In this document: positions 9,594-19,586 of the stretch, one piece after another
How the letters are laid out: each line of letters opens with the position of its first letter
Position numbering within the stretch: position 1 is the first letter of the stretch
Assembly (NCBI GenBank): GCA_963782525.1
Contig: CAWAKC010000001.1
Location: 320,001-384,000, forward strand
Source: Candidatus Bathyarchaeota archaeon
GTDB lineage: Archaea; Thermoproteota; Bathyarchaeia; Bathyarchaeales; Bathycorpusculaceae
Length of the DNA stretch: 64,000 bases
Direction: 5' to 3'
Position numbers and translations under genes: made by a program
Notes under the pieces: generated by a model
Databases searched by the model: none
The model's input: the letters and a program-made list of their open reading frames with translations, nothing else
Told to the model about the DNA's origin: nothing

Positions 9594-9958
9594 TTTAACG
9601 AAAAATCAAGCCTTTTTTATTAGACGAGAAGAAACGTATGCTTGATCTTCCGCTCAATAACTCTTATGCGTCCAGTTTTTGTTATATGACTTGCGCAAAC
9701 CTTATAACTTGAATCTGTAATTTTGATTTTTCAATTTTCCTTAAAACGTTTCAACATTTACAGCATTTTTCAGGAATATTGGCTCAAATAGTCTTGAAAG
9801 ATGAAACCTACTTTATGTCAAATGGGACTTTGTATGTAGAAAACCTTATCTTAAACCCGACAAGATTTAATTCAGGAGTTTTTGATAATCATGAGGAAGA
9901 TTTCCATTTACACAAACAAGTTGGTAGAGAAAAGTCTTCCTTGAGCAGGATGTAAATA

Positions 9959-10747
9959 ATGTCTGAACATAAACCTGAATGGCCAGAATCGGGCGACCTC
10001 GTCATCGCCACGATAGAAAGCGTGATGGATTACGGAGCATACGCTAACCTAGACGAATACAGCAGACGAGGATTCCTTCATATCTCCGAAATCTCCAGCG
10101 CTCGCATAAGAAACGTCCGCGACTTTGTTCGTGAAAACCAAAAAATGGTCCTCAAAGTCCTCCGCGTTGACATAGAAAAAGGACACATCGACCTATCCCT
10201 TAGACGCGTTACAAAACGTGAAAGAATAGAAAAAATCAAATCATGGAAAAAAGACCGCAAAGGCGACGCACTATTGCATGCAGTCGCAGAAAAAACGGGG
10301 TTACCCATCCACGAAGTTTACCAGAAAGCCGGAGTAATTCTGGAAGAAAAATACGGGTTATACGATGGCTTCGAAAAAGTTGTGAAAGAAGGCATAGACG
10401 TCTTAACTAACCTCGAAATCCCCGACGATCTTGCCAAAGTCATCGCTCAAGTTGCAGAAGAACGCATAAAAATAAAGACTGTACAGGTCAGAGGCGTTAT
10501 TGAGGTTCGCTGTATGAAACCTAACGGTGTCAGATGTATCCAAGAAGCATTCAGCGGCGCTAAGAAAGCCCAAGAAGCTAAAGATGCTAAAATCGAGTTC
10601 GCAGTAATTGCAGCGCCAAAATATAGCGTAGAAGTTTCCGCTGACAATTGGAAAAGAGCGGAAGAAGTCCTCGATAAAGTAAGCGAAGAGGTTGTCGCCA
10701 ACGTCACTAAAGCAGGCGGACATGGAAGCTTTAAGAGAGAAAAATAA
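9959..10747 (+). CDS. eif2a: Translation initiation factor 2 alpha subunit
   Basis: S1 domain WPESGDLV...LHISEIS...GHIDLSLRRV; AAPKY. Confidence 0.95.
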   Translation: MSEHKPEWPESGDLVIATIESVMDYGAYANLDEYSRRGFLHISEISSARIRNVRDFVRENQKMVLKVLRVDIEKGHIDLSLRRVTKRERIEKIKSWKKDRKGDALLHAVAEKTGLPIHEVYQKAGVILEEKYGLYDGFEKVVKEGIDVLTNLEIPDDLAKVIAQVAEERIKIKTVQVRGVIEVRCMKPNGVRCIQEAFSGAKKAQEAKDAKIEFAVIAAPKYSVEVSADNWKRAEEVLDKVSEEVVANVTKAGGHGSFKREK

Positions 10748-10749
10748 GA

Positions 10750-11133
10750 GTGAAAGATTTGAGAGAAACCACTGAAAAATTAGAATGGGGTCAAGTGGAG
10801 AAGATCGGTAAGGGGACCAAGGCGAATTATGATTCAAAGTCTAAAGTCCTTACTTTCTGTTTTAACCGAGGACCAAATACATCCAGCGAATCGTTGAGAG
10901 CTTCGCGTGAACTTTTAATGAAGGAACTAAAAGAATTGGGCTATGAAAGTCGTATGAAGTATAATGGGGAAGTTCTTGTCGAAGGTGTTCTTGAGAGTGA
11001 TGTTGCTCTTGTCAAGAAAAACCATAAACTAACGATTAATTTGAACAAAAAGCAAGCTGAAGAAAAGCCAATTTCACCCTCAGAAACAGCTGAATCCAAG
11101 AACAGAGCTCAAAGCAACATAAAATTCTCATAA
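10750..11133 (+). CDS. Hypothetical protein, coupled to aIF2-alpha
   Basis: 127-aa ORF starting 2 nt after the eif2a stop. Confidence 0.6.
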   Translation: MKDLRETTEKLEWGQVEKIGKGTKANYDSKSKVLTFCFNRGPNTSSESLRASRELLMKELKELGYESRMKYNGEVLVEGVLESDVALVKKNHKLTINLNKKQAEEKPISPSETAESKNRAQSNIKFS

Positions 11134-11248
11134 TTGACCGTCTAATACACGATTTTCAGATTGCAAAAGTTAATTTCAACTATTGAGCATGCGAGTAGTG
11201 TTAGGCGAGTTTTTGGGAAAACAACTAAATACTTGACCACAGAAATGT

Positions 11249-11953
11249 ATGGCTATGGCATTTAAACGTAAGACTTCCCCTAAAAAAATTTACGCAATAG
11301 TAACACTCTTAATTATACTGATCGCTGCGACCGCAGCATTAATCTATGTTGCTGCAAACCCCGCGCCCAAACCTATTGTTGTGGGAGTCCATGTTGGCGA
11401 CGTCTTCATATACAACATTACAAGCACGTCAACATTAATTGATCTGAATGCAGTAGAAACACCGGGCTTTTTCCAATACAATCAAACAGATTTCTACAGA
11501 ATTACTATAACGGACATAACTGGTGCTAATGTGTCAATGGATACGGTATGGGCATTCAAAAACGGAACACAAGTGCAAGGAACACAAATGGTTGACATTG
11601 CTAATGGCGCAGATACCGATAGCAATGGATTCTGGGCCATTTACCCAGCTAACCTCAACGTAGGTGACCTGCTTCGTCCAAAGGGCTATGATGGATTAAA
11701 AGTTAACTTAACCGACAGCCACCCATTCGCTTCAGGACCAAGGGTAAGTAACTTCTGGTTCATCGATAACCAATTTTATAACGTCAACGACCCAACCCAG
11801 AGCACGCAGAGATACGACTACACGGGCGTAACCTTTGATAAAGCTACAGGCATGCTCGAAACCCTCACTAACTACCAAGAATACAACAACCCAGCAATGA
11901 AAGAAACAATCACTTGGAACCTTGCCAACACAACAGTGTGGGCAGTCCAATAA
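11249..11953 (+). CDS. N-terminally anchored secreted hypothetical protein
   Basis: Basic N-terminus plus TM; 'VGVHVGDVFIY...FDKATGML'; many N-x-S/T sequons. Confidence 0.75.
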   Translation: MAMAFKRKTSPKKIYAIVTLLIILIAATAALIYVAANPAPKPIVVGVHVGDVFIYNITSTSTLIDLNAVETPGFFQYNQTDFYRITITDITGANVSMDTVWAFKNGTQVQGTQMVDIANGADTDSNGFWAIYPANLNVGDLLRPKGYDGLKVNLTDSHPFASGPRVSNFWFIDNQFYNVNDPTQSTQRYDYTGVTFDKATGMLETLTNYQEYNNPAMKETITWNLANTTVWAVQ

Positions 11954-12302
11954 TTCCTAAATTTTTTAAAATTTAATTTGATAATTGGGAAATTCAGATG
12001 TTTGATTGGTTAGGTTCGGCTCTTTGCAATAAGCGAAAATTTTGTATTTGCTTTGCTGTTACAGCCGCTATTTTTCTAATCTGCTTTAACCAAACTTTTC
12101 TCCAAATAGCTAAAGGTTAAAGTAACGGCAATTATTGTTTCATATTCTTCTTTAGCAAGTTGAAAATTGGGATAACTGTTGTTATAGCCAAATTGGGTGC
12201 AGCGAAATTTCAAGTTTCGCATACAACTTGGGGGACTGTGCTGTTTTAATGGAAAATATGAAATAGTTAAGTGCTAAACACTTAGCTAAAGAGGCAAAAG
12301 TA

Positions 12303-13070
12303 TTGACATTTAAAGAACACATGCAGGAAGCGGCAAAAAGCAAAGACTCACGCCTTGTTTTAGCATTAGATTTTCCTTTTGAAGCTCCTGAAAATCGCGA
12401 GATAATTTTGGCTAAAGCACAAAAGGTCTTAAGAGCCGTTCATCCTTACATCTGCGCAGTTAAGATAAACCATCATCTCACTCTACCCCTTGGCACCTTT
12501 GACGGTGTTCAGGCGCTTGTAGAACAGATCCGAGGTCAAGGCATGCTAGCAATCATGGATGCGAAAATCAACGACATTGGCAACACCAACCAAATCATAG
12601 CCGAATATTACTTTGCTGCAGGCTTTGACGCCATAATCGCTAACCCATTTGTGGGTTGGGAGGAGGGCTTGAAACCGCTTTTTGAAGTTTCAAAACGACT
12701 GAACCGAGGAGTAATCTTACTCACTTACATGAGCCACAAAGGTGCGTGTGAAGGTTACGGACAAACAATTATCGATCCTGAAACAGGCTTGCAAACTCCC
12801 CAATACATTTCGTTTGCCAAAAAATCATTGAAATGGGGGGCTGATGGCGTCGTCGTTGGAGCAACAGTTCCTCAGAAAATTGCTGAAATAAAAAGGATTC
12901 TCGGCGAAAACGTTGCTATTTACTCGCCTGGAGTTGGTGCGCAAGGTGGAGCGGCAGAAATAGCGATTAAAGCAGGCGCCAACTACTTAATCGTTGGAAG
13001 AGAAATAACCAATTCAGACGACCCAGCCAGAGCCGCTCGGACGCTGAGTGATTCTATAAGAGGAATTTAA
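12303..13070 (+). CDS. pyrF: Orotidine 5'-phosphate decarboxylase
   Basis: LVLALD, DAKINDIGNT, SPGVGAQGG, LIVGR. Confidence 0.95.
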   Translation: MTFKEHMQEAAKSKDSRLVLALDFPFEAPENREIILAKAQKVLRAVHPYICAVKINHHLTLPLGTFDGVQALVEQIRGQGMLAIMDAKINDIGNTNQIIAEYYFAAGFDAIIANPFVGWEEGLKPLFEVSKRLNRGVILLTYMSHKGACEGYGQTIIDPETGLQTPQYISFAKKSLKWGADGVVVGATVPQKIAEIKRILGENVAIYSPGVGAQGGAAEIAIKAGANYLIVGREITNSDDPARAARTLSDSIRGI

Positions 13071-13075
13071 GCGCC

Positions 13076-13228
13076 TTATCGGCGTTTGTTTTCCCAGAGC
13101 TCTTTTTTGAGCAAGTCCCTAACTGAAGAGCGGATTACGCTACTTCGGCTTGGGTACATGTTGGCTCGAACTAATTCATCTAAACCTTCTAGGTAGGCTT
13201 CTGGTAGTAGGACTGTAACTAATTTCAT
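13076..13228 (-). CDS. Ribbon-helix-helix (CopG/CdrS-like) regulator, 50 aa, not in the ORF track
   Basis: Manual translation MKLVTVLLPEAYLEGLDELVRANMYPSRSSVIRSSVRDLLKKELWENKRR. Confidence 0.85.
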   Translation of the reverse strand: MKLVTVLLPEAYLEGLDELVRANMYPSRSSVIRSSVRDLLKKELWENKRR

Positions 13229-13310
13229 ATTGTTTTACTCTCCCTTAAACACTATATCATGCATATAACATGTGGCAAATATAAGAGTTAGCATAGCAAC
13301 CCCTAACAAG

Positions 13311-14153
13311 TCACAACTGCCGAAGCTGATTCAACGTACCCAAAAACGTACCATCCAAAAGGAAGAGCTCAGATTCATCCACATCCACCGCTTCCGAACG
13401 CAAAACAGGACCAATCAACGCTTCACTGCCGATTTCATTTCTGGGGCGAGTTTGGTTTACTGGTCTGCCACCCAAAAAATCGTTAAAGCTGGGCATAATG
13501 TAGATTTCCTCCGCTTTCGATTTGATACCGTAATGTTTCTTTAAAGTTTCAGCCACGGACCCAAGAATTTTTATGTTGTTTTTCTGCAGCAAGATTTTCG
13601 TAAACGCTTCTGTGTCACATTTTGCCTTAATCCATACTTGTCTTGTAATTTTGCAACCGGTTGGGTCACGGAAAACCACCACTGGATGCAGATGCCCCAT
13701 AACAAGAGTCTTACAGCCCAAAAGTGCTGGTGAAGGCCATTTATGTCCATGGAAAACCCCCACGTCACCAATAACTGCTCCTGTGGCAGGTAAAAACTCA
13801 ACGTTCTCAGGCAACAACGGCTCTAAGTTGGCGTCATGATTTCCGCGCACAACAGCGATGCTGCTTATGCAACTTTCGAGTTTTTTGAAAAAATCTGGAA
13901 TATCGCGCCATTCACCAAAAGCGTGTGAAATAACCGTGTATTTCACGTCTCCCAGAATGACTAATTTATCGGGTTTGTACTCGGTGATAATCGCCGTTAA
14001 CTTGTTTAGGATTTTGGCTGTTTGGCTTGGAACATGGATGCCTTTTTCCTGCAGCTCCAGTTCCCAGCCTAAATGCGGGTCAGCGATAAGAAGCGTTCTG
14101 GTTCTTTCTTCTTTAACAAGGGCTGCTGGGTATGGCAAGAGCAAATTTAACAT
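13311..14153 (-). CDS. Metallophosphoesterase (calcineurin-like)
   Basis: ADPHLG, ILGDVK, RGNHD, HGH, GHLHP. Confidence 0.9.
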   Translation of the reverse strand: MLNLLLPYPAALVKEERTRTLLIADPHLGWELELQEKGIHVPSQTAKILNKLTAIITEYKPDKLVILGDVKYTVISHAFGEWRDIPDFFKKLESCISSIAVVRGNHDANLEPLLPENVEFLPATGAVIGDVGVFHGHKWPSPALLGCKTLVMGHLHPVVVFRDPTGCKITRQVWIKAKCDTEAFTKILLQKNNIKILGSVAETLKKHYGIKSKAEEIYIMPSFNDFLGGRPVNQTRPRNEIGSEALIGPVLRSEAVDVDESELFLLDGTFLGTLNQLRQL

Positions 14154-14977
14154 TAAACTTTAATCAGACTCAAAATTTTTTGGTGAATATCTATATTGGC
14201 TGAAGCAATAAAACTGAGGGTTTGTTTGGGATCCAATTTTACGTTTATGGGTTTGTTTTCTAGGTCGGTCACTGTTCCGCCTGCTTCTTTAACTATGAGG
14301 AAGCCTGCGGCTACGTCGGTTGTGCGGATTTTATTTCGCAGATCTATAAAAGCGTCAGTTAACCCGGCTGCAACTTGGCAGATTTCAAGGGCGTTGGCAC
14401 CGAAGTGTCGTGTATGTTTGATGTTTTCAATTAAGTCGGCGGCAATTTTCATGTTAAGTTTTGCTTTGTAAGCGTTCAAATCCAAGCCGACGACTGCTTC
14501 ATCGAGCGACGGGGTTTTCGAGGTATATATCCGTTCGCCGTTGCAGTATGCCCCTTTGTCCTTCATTGCTAGGTAGGTTTCGTCGTGGATAAGGTCAACA
14601 ACCATTCCAGCGAACACATCGCCAAGTTCGGGCTTGTTAGAAACAGCGATGGAAGAACAGTAAAAAGGCAAGCCATGCGTTAGATTCGTCGTGCCATCGA
14701 TTGGGTCAACGCACAAATAGCATCCCCCTGGGGTGTCGCCGTATTCTTTGATACCGGATTCTTCACTGATAAGTGTGAAGGAAACATCATGTTGCTGAAA
14801 AGTTTGGACGATGGCGTTTTCAGCAGCTAAATCGACGGGCTTCATAATGTCTCCGCCCGCGCCCATACCCAAGTTGAGCTGGGGAGCCCATAAATTTTTG
14901 AGGCAGGGCTTGATTGCTGCGTGGATGGTGGTTTTGCAGTCAGACAGGATTTGTTGCCAGTCAAATTGGGTTTTCAT
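14153..14977 (-). CDS. suhB: Inositol monophosphatase / fructose-1,6-bisphosphatase
   Basis: SEESG, VDPIDGTTN, DVAAG..IVKEAGG. Confidence 0.9.
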   Translation of the reverse strand: MKTQFDWQQILSDCKTTIHAAIKPCLKNLWAPQLNLGMGAGGDIMKPVDLAAENAIVQTFQQHDVSFTLISEESGIKEYGDTPGGCYLCVDPIDGTTNLTHGLPFYCSSIAVSNKPELGDVFAGMVVDLIHDETYLAMKDKGAYCNGERIYTSKTPSLDEAVVGLDLNAYKAKLNMKIAADLIENIKHTRHFGANALEICQVAAGLTDAFIDLRNKIRTTDVAAGFLIVKEAGGTVTDLENKPINVKLDPKQTLSFIASANIDIHQKILSLIKV

Positions 14978-15119
14978 TGCTTAACCTTCACTTTGTATAT
15001 GTACGTCAAGCTGATAAAGAATATACCAGTTTCTCAGCGAAAAAAGTTAAACATAACTAAACGCAATATGGAATTCTGTATTCTAACGAAAGCAGAAAAA
15101 AAATTATCAAGACAGTGCT

Positions 15120-15344
15120 TTAGGATTTTATTTTTCTGATTCTATCAGAAGAATAAATGTAGCTTTGACCCAAGGTTGTGACAACGTATTTGCCTTCGTT
15201 TTGCATCAGCATACTCTGCTTTGTGAGAATAGCTAAGTAGGATTCTGCCTGCACGTCATTTAACCCCAGCTTACTCATGATTCTGCGCTTATCCTTCGGT
15301 GTCTCGCAGAAACGGATAATTCCTATTCTCTCACTAATAACCAT
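15120..15344 (-). CDS. Small winged-helix protein
   Basis: IMSKLGLN...YL..L....GKYVVTTLG. Confidence 0.7.
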   Translation of the reverse strand: MVISERIGIIRFCETPKDKRRIMSKLGLNDVQAESYLAILTKQSMLMQNEGKYVVTTLGQSYIYSSDRIRKIKS

Positions 15345-15521
15345 ATAATCTCACAAGATACTGATTCCCCAAGCAACAATTAAGCCTGCGTGATTGCCTA
15401 GCGACTACAACATAAGTTAACGTTTGCATTGCCTAAAGCGGTATTACAGGATTTGGGTAAACAAAAATATAATACAGCATGTAGTTGTTTTAGCAGAAAG
15501 AGTTCTCGTTAAATCCGAACA

Positions 15522-15902
15522 GTGATTTGTTTGCCGAAAAAACTGCATATGCCTATAATTGCGAAAAAAGTAGTTGAGCAAGCGTTTGATAAGCCAGCGA
15601 CATCAAAGTATCCCTTCGAGAAGCCCCAGTTAGGCGACAATTTTAGAGGACAACCTGTTTTTGATTTTTCTTCTTGTATAGGCTGTGGTTTATGCAGCAG
15701 AGATTGCCCCGCAAAGGCAATTGAAATGGTTACGGTTGATGGAAAAAAGCGCCCGCAATTGAACCTTTCCAAATGCGTTTTCTGTTATCAATGTGCTGAA
15801 AGCTGCCCAAAAAAAGCCATAAAAAACACCTGCAACTACGAGTTAGCAACAACTGACAAATCAACTCTAGTTAAAACACCTCAAACAGATCCCAAAATCT
15901 AA
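15522..15902 (+). CDS. 2x[4Fe-4S] ferredoxin, NuoI/FwdG-like
   Basis: T.KYPFE...FRGQP, two CxxCxxCxxxCP motifs. Confidence 0.9.
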   Translation: MICLPKKLHMPIIAKKVVEQAFDKPATSKYPFEKPQLGDNFRGQPVFDFSSCIGCGLCSRDCPAKAIEMVTVDGKKRPQLNLSKCVFCYQCAESCPKKAIKNTCNYELATTDKSTLVKTPQTDPKI

Positions 15903-16067
15903 ATTCAAAATTTTACATACTCATTTTTTCATATTTCGTAAGCGAGGAACAATTTTAGCCGTTGTTAAATCACTTAAAATAACCTAAACGTAGCCAAGTT
16001 GAAACCTAAAAAACCATGAAAACTCTTAAATTATACAAATCCCAACAGAATTGGCAAGGTCCCTTTA

Positions 16068-17072
16068 ATGTCACCAAATACTAACAAGCTCGAAATACAA
16101 AGCTATGACGAAAGCACAAAAATGTTCACAGTAAAATCACCATCCGGTAACGTTGTCAAAGTTCAGGATACGTTTGCTGAAATGTTCGGGCTTTGGGCAG
16201 GAAGAGTTCTCATCACCGCTCAAAACGAGAAATGGGCACAAATCGCTGCAAGCTTAACCACAGGCTTTGCCACAAGCGTAATTGCCGCTTCTGCCGAGGC
16301 ATCTATTGAACGGGCTGTTCCAGCAGATCAAACACCAGACAAACGCCCAGGTGTTTTGATTCAAATTTACAATCGAGACCGATTTGAACTCAAACATCAA
16401 CTCATGGAACGCATCGGTCAATGCACCTTAACTTGCCCAACAACCGCAGCCTTCAACGGCTTAACAGGCAAACGCACCCTCAACGTCGGTAGCAGTCTCA
16501 GATACTTCGGTGATGGCTTCCAGAAAAAAGCCATGGTTGGCGGAAGAAAATGCTGGAAAATTCCAGTTATGGAAGGTAACTTTATTGTTGAAGACGGTTT
16601 CGGCGCCATGGAAGCAATTGCGGGCGGAAACTTTATGATTTTCGCGGCAACCCAAGAAGCAGGACTCAAATCGGCAGAAGCAGCAGCTGAAGCAATCCGA
16701 ACGGGCGCCCCTGATGTAATTATGATTTTCCCAGGAGGCGTTTGCCGTGCAGGAAGCAAGGCAGGCTCACTTAAATACAAACTAAAAGCCTCAACCAACC
16801 ACCCATACTGCCCAACACTTCGCACTCTCGTGCCTGACAGCGTTGTTCCAGAAGGCGTAACCTGCGTTTACGAAATTGTCGTGAACGGCTTAACACTTGA
16901 TGCAGTCAAAAATGCCCTCAAACTAGGAGTAACAGCAGCAGTTGATGTTCCAGGCGTCGTGAAGATTTCATCAGGCAACTACGGCGGAAAACTCGGTCCC
17001 TACAAGGCTTATCTCAGAGATGCCATAGGTGCACCTCCAGAACCAGCCCCGCCAGCTAAACCAAAAACCTAA
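16068..17072 (+). CDS. ftr: Formylmethanofuran--tetrahydromethanopterin N-formyltransferase
   Basis: DTFAEMF, TGFATSVI, TPDKRPG, RIGQCTLTCPT, ASTNHPYCPTL, GNYGGKLG. Confidence 0.92.
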   Translation: MSPNTNKLEIQSYDESTKMFTVKSPSGNVVKVQDTFAEMFGLWAGRVLITAQNEKWAQIAASLTTGFATSVIAASAEASIERAVPADQTPDKRPGVLIQIYNRDRFELKHQLMERIGQCTLTCPTTAAFNGLTGKRTLNVGSSLRYFGDGFQKKAMVGGRKCWKIPVMEGNFIVEDGFGAMEAIAGGNFMIFAATQEAGLKSAEAAAEAIRTGAPDVIMIFPGGVCRAGSKAGSLKYKLKASTNHPYCPTLRTLVPDSVVPEGVTCVYEIVVNGLTLDAVKNALKLGVTAAVDVPGVVKISSGNYGGKLGPYKAYLRDAIGAPPEPAPPAKPKT

Positions 17073-17152
17073 ACTTCCGTTTTTTGTGTCGGAACTTTTA
17101 TTTGATGCCTTTTAACGTTAGTTATCAAGTTAAAAGAAATCCGTGAAGATAT

Positions 17153-18421
17153 TTGAGTACCGCAAAAAAAAGCTCCCTTGAACTATTCAGGCTACGAAAA
17201 ACATTAAACGCCCTTGCCAATAAAGAGGGCAGCCACACGGAACTAATCACCGTCTATGTTCCGCCAGGCAAACAAATCAGCGACGCCCTCAACCTGCTAC
17301 GCAACGAATACGGCACAGCAAGCAACATCAAATCCAACGTCACACGCAAAAACGTCCTCGACGCCATCACTAAAGCACAGCAGAAACTCAAACTCTTCAA
17401 AGATCCAGGCGAAAAAGGCATAGTAGTTTTTACAGGTGCTCTTCTTGCAGAAGGAGCTGCACCAGGAACTGAACGTATGGAAGCCTACGTCATTGTACCG
17501 CCTGAACCCATCAAAATCTTCTTGTACCGATGCGACTCTCGTTTCCACACTGAGCATCTGCAGGAGATGTTGCGGGAGAAAGAAGCGTATGGAATTTTGC
17601 TTGTAGATGCAAATAACTCTACAATTGCAACTTTGCAGGGTAAACGATTGCAGATTGTACGGCAAATGCATTCGGGTGTTGCAGGCAAAACTAAAGCAGG
17701 CGGGCAATCAGCCCGGCGTTATGAGCGACTTCGAGACATGCAGCTTAACGAATATTTCACACGGGTCGGTGTACATGCTAACGAAACTTTTCTGCCGATT
17801 GAGAATTTGAAAGGAATTATCCTGGGTGGACCGGGACCGACAAAATATGATTTTGAGAAAGGCGACTATCTGAACTATCAGTTGAAGAACAAAATTCTCG
17901 ATGTAATCGACACCGCCTATGTGGAGGAACAAGGTGTTAAAGAAATAGTGGATAAAGCCCCTGAAATCATGCGTAAAGTCCGCTACATCGAGGAAAAAGA
18001 GGTTATGCAGAAATTCCTCTATGAAGTCGGCCACGATACAGGCTTGATAACGTACGGCGAAGGTGAAGTGCGCAGGTTGTTGCAGAACGGTGCAGTGCGG
18101 ACGGTGTTGATGTCTGAGGATTTGGATTTGGTCCGGGTCACGGTAAAATGCGGCGCATGTGGCTTCGAAGAACAGCATACTGTTAAAAGCAAAGAAGTGG
18201 CTGATTTTGAAAAGGGTTTAGTTGGGAAGCCTTGCGGAACCTGCAAAGCGCCATCCTTTACGATAGTGGATAAGAAAGACGTTGTTGATGACTTGGCTGA
18301 ACTAGCTGAGCTTTCAAACACTGATGTTGAGGTTATTTCGGGCGAAACTGAAGAGGGCCAGATGCTAAAGAACGCTTTTGGCGGTTTAGCTGCGATTTTA
18401 AGGTTTAAAATGCAAGGCTAA
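17153..18421 (+). CDS. prf1: Peptide chain release factor aRF1
   Basis: ASNIKS, GGQSARRY, C-terminal zinc ribbon, FGGLAAILRF. Confidence 0.97.
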   Translation: MSTAKKSSLELFRLRKTLNALANKEGSHTELITVYVPPGKQISDALNLLRNEYGTASNIKSNVTRKNVLDAITKAQQKLKLFKDPGEKGIVVFTGALLAEGAAPGTERMEAYVIVPPEPIKIFLYRCDSRFHTEHLQEMLREKEAYGILLVDANNSTIATLQGKRLQIVRQMHSGVAGKTKAGGQSARRYERLRDMQLNEYFTRVGVHANETFLPIENLKGIILGGPGPTKYDFEKGDYLNYQLKNKILDVIDTAYVEEQGVKEIVDKAPEIMRKVRYIEEKEVMQKFLYEVGHDTGLITYGEGEVRRLLQNGAVRTVLMSEDLDLVRVTVKCGACGFEEQHTVKSKEVADFEKGLVGKPCGTCKAPSFTIVDKKDVVDDLAELAELSNTDVEVISGETEEGQMLKNAFGGLAAILRFKMQG

Positions 18422-18443
18422 AATCCAAATTCTTAGCCAGTAC

Positions 18444-19148
18444 CTAATTTTCTATTTTAATTATCTGAGGTATCTTTCCAGCCGTACCAACTTGACCCTT
18501 GTAGATTATGAGCATACCCTTAACACCTTCAATCGACATGCCTTTGACTATTCCAGCTTGGATTCCTGCGTTGGCATTCTCACCTTTTACCATGTTGCCA
18601 ACGGCTGTTGCTGCTGAATCTGCCAACGAGGCGTACTTACAGAATACAACTGCCGCTTCGGCATCTCCAAAACTGAGTGCATGACTAAAACGTCCTGAAC
18701 TGGTGGCGACACCGATTGGGAACTCGGTAAGTCGGAAGCCGAATTGTTTTGAGAGGGGTTCCTCTCCGGCAGCAACTGCCACATCAACGGGTTGGTTGGA
18801 GACTGCTGAAATCTCGCCGCCATCCTCCACGACCGCTACTTCGCATCCTGCGCGTTTCATGTCTTTTACTGCTAGATCTGCTATGGCTCCTGCGACCCCA
18901 GCCATCGGACCAACACCAGCCTTCTCTGAGGCTTGCGCCATCAACTTTGCCACAAGAGGCTCCTCTTGGACAGGAATTGGCATTAGGGAGTGGAGAAACT
19001 TTGGATTAGACCTAACATAAATCTCCAACACTTGATAATTACGTTTAATCGATTCTTTAGCGGCTTGGATTGCCTCTTGCCGATCAGAAATAATGGTGCA
19101 TTGAGCTTCTTTTAGGGTAAAGTTTTCTTTGAGAAGCTTTCCCATCAA
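18444..19148 (-). CDS. UPF0280 / ApbE-like protein
   Basis: GVGPMAGVAGAIAD, DGGEI, TSSG...HALSFGDA. Confidence 0.88.
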   Translation of the reverse strand: MMGKLLKENFTLKEAQCTIISDRQEAIQAAKESIKRNYQVLEIYVRSNPKFLHSLMPIPVQEEPLVAKLMAQASEKAGVGPMAGVAGAIADLAVKDMKRAGCEVAVVEDGGEISAVSNQPVDVAVAAGEEPLSKQFGFRLTEFPIGVATSSGRFSHALSFGDAEAAVVFCKYASLADSAATAVGNMVKGENANAGIQAGIVKGMSIEGVKGMLIIYKGQVGTAGKIPQIIKIEN

Positions 19149-19582
19149 CTTTTCTTTACCTTATCTTTCGATGTACGATCAGCGCCATTTGGTTTGATTG
19201 ATTTTATAGCTCGGGCTGGGCACGCGTCAACGCAGATGCTGCAGGTGCTACCAAGGCATTTTTCTTTGTTAAACTCGACTGAGGAGTCTTTGGCTAAGCT
19301 GATTGCTTCCACGGGGCAAAGTGCGATGCAGCTGCCGCAACTGAAGCATTTTTCACTGTCAACTTCGATGAGTTTTGGAACGGTTACTGAGACTCCTCTT
19401 TGCCGGAAAGCATTGACGACTTTTTCCAAGATTGCATCAGGTACTTCAGCGAGGATTTCGCCCCCTTTCGAGTTAATGTGCGCTGATAAGATTGCCATGG
19501 GCACTTTGTATTCGATGATGATTTGGGAGGCAATGGGCTCTGAAACTTGGTCTTCGTTAAACCTTATGAGAATTCTCGCCAT
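19145..19582 (-). CDS. NIL-domain ferredoxin (homocysteine synthesis partner)
   Basis: N-terminal NIL-like domain plus two Cys clusters; adjacent to DUF39 gene. Confidence 0.85.
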   Translation of the reverse strand: MARILIRFNEDQVSEPIASQIIIEYKVPMAILSAHINSKGGEILAEVPDAILEKVVNAFRQRGVSVTVPKLIEVDSEKCFSCGSCIALCPVEAISLAKDSSVEFNKEKCLGSTCSICVDACPARAIKSIKPNGADRTSKDKVKKS

Positions 19583-19586
19583 AAAT

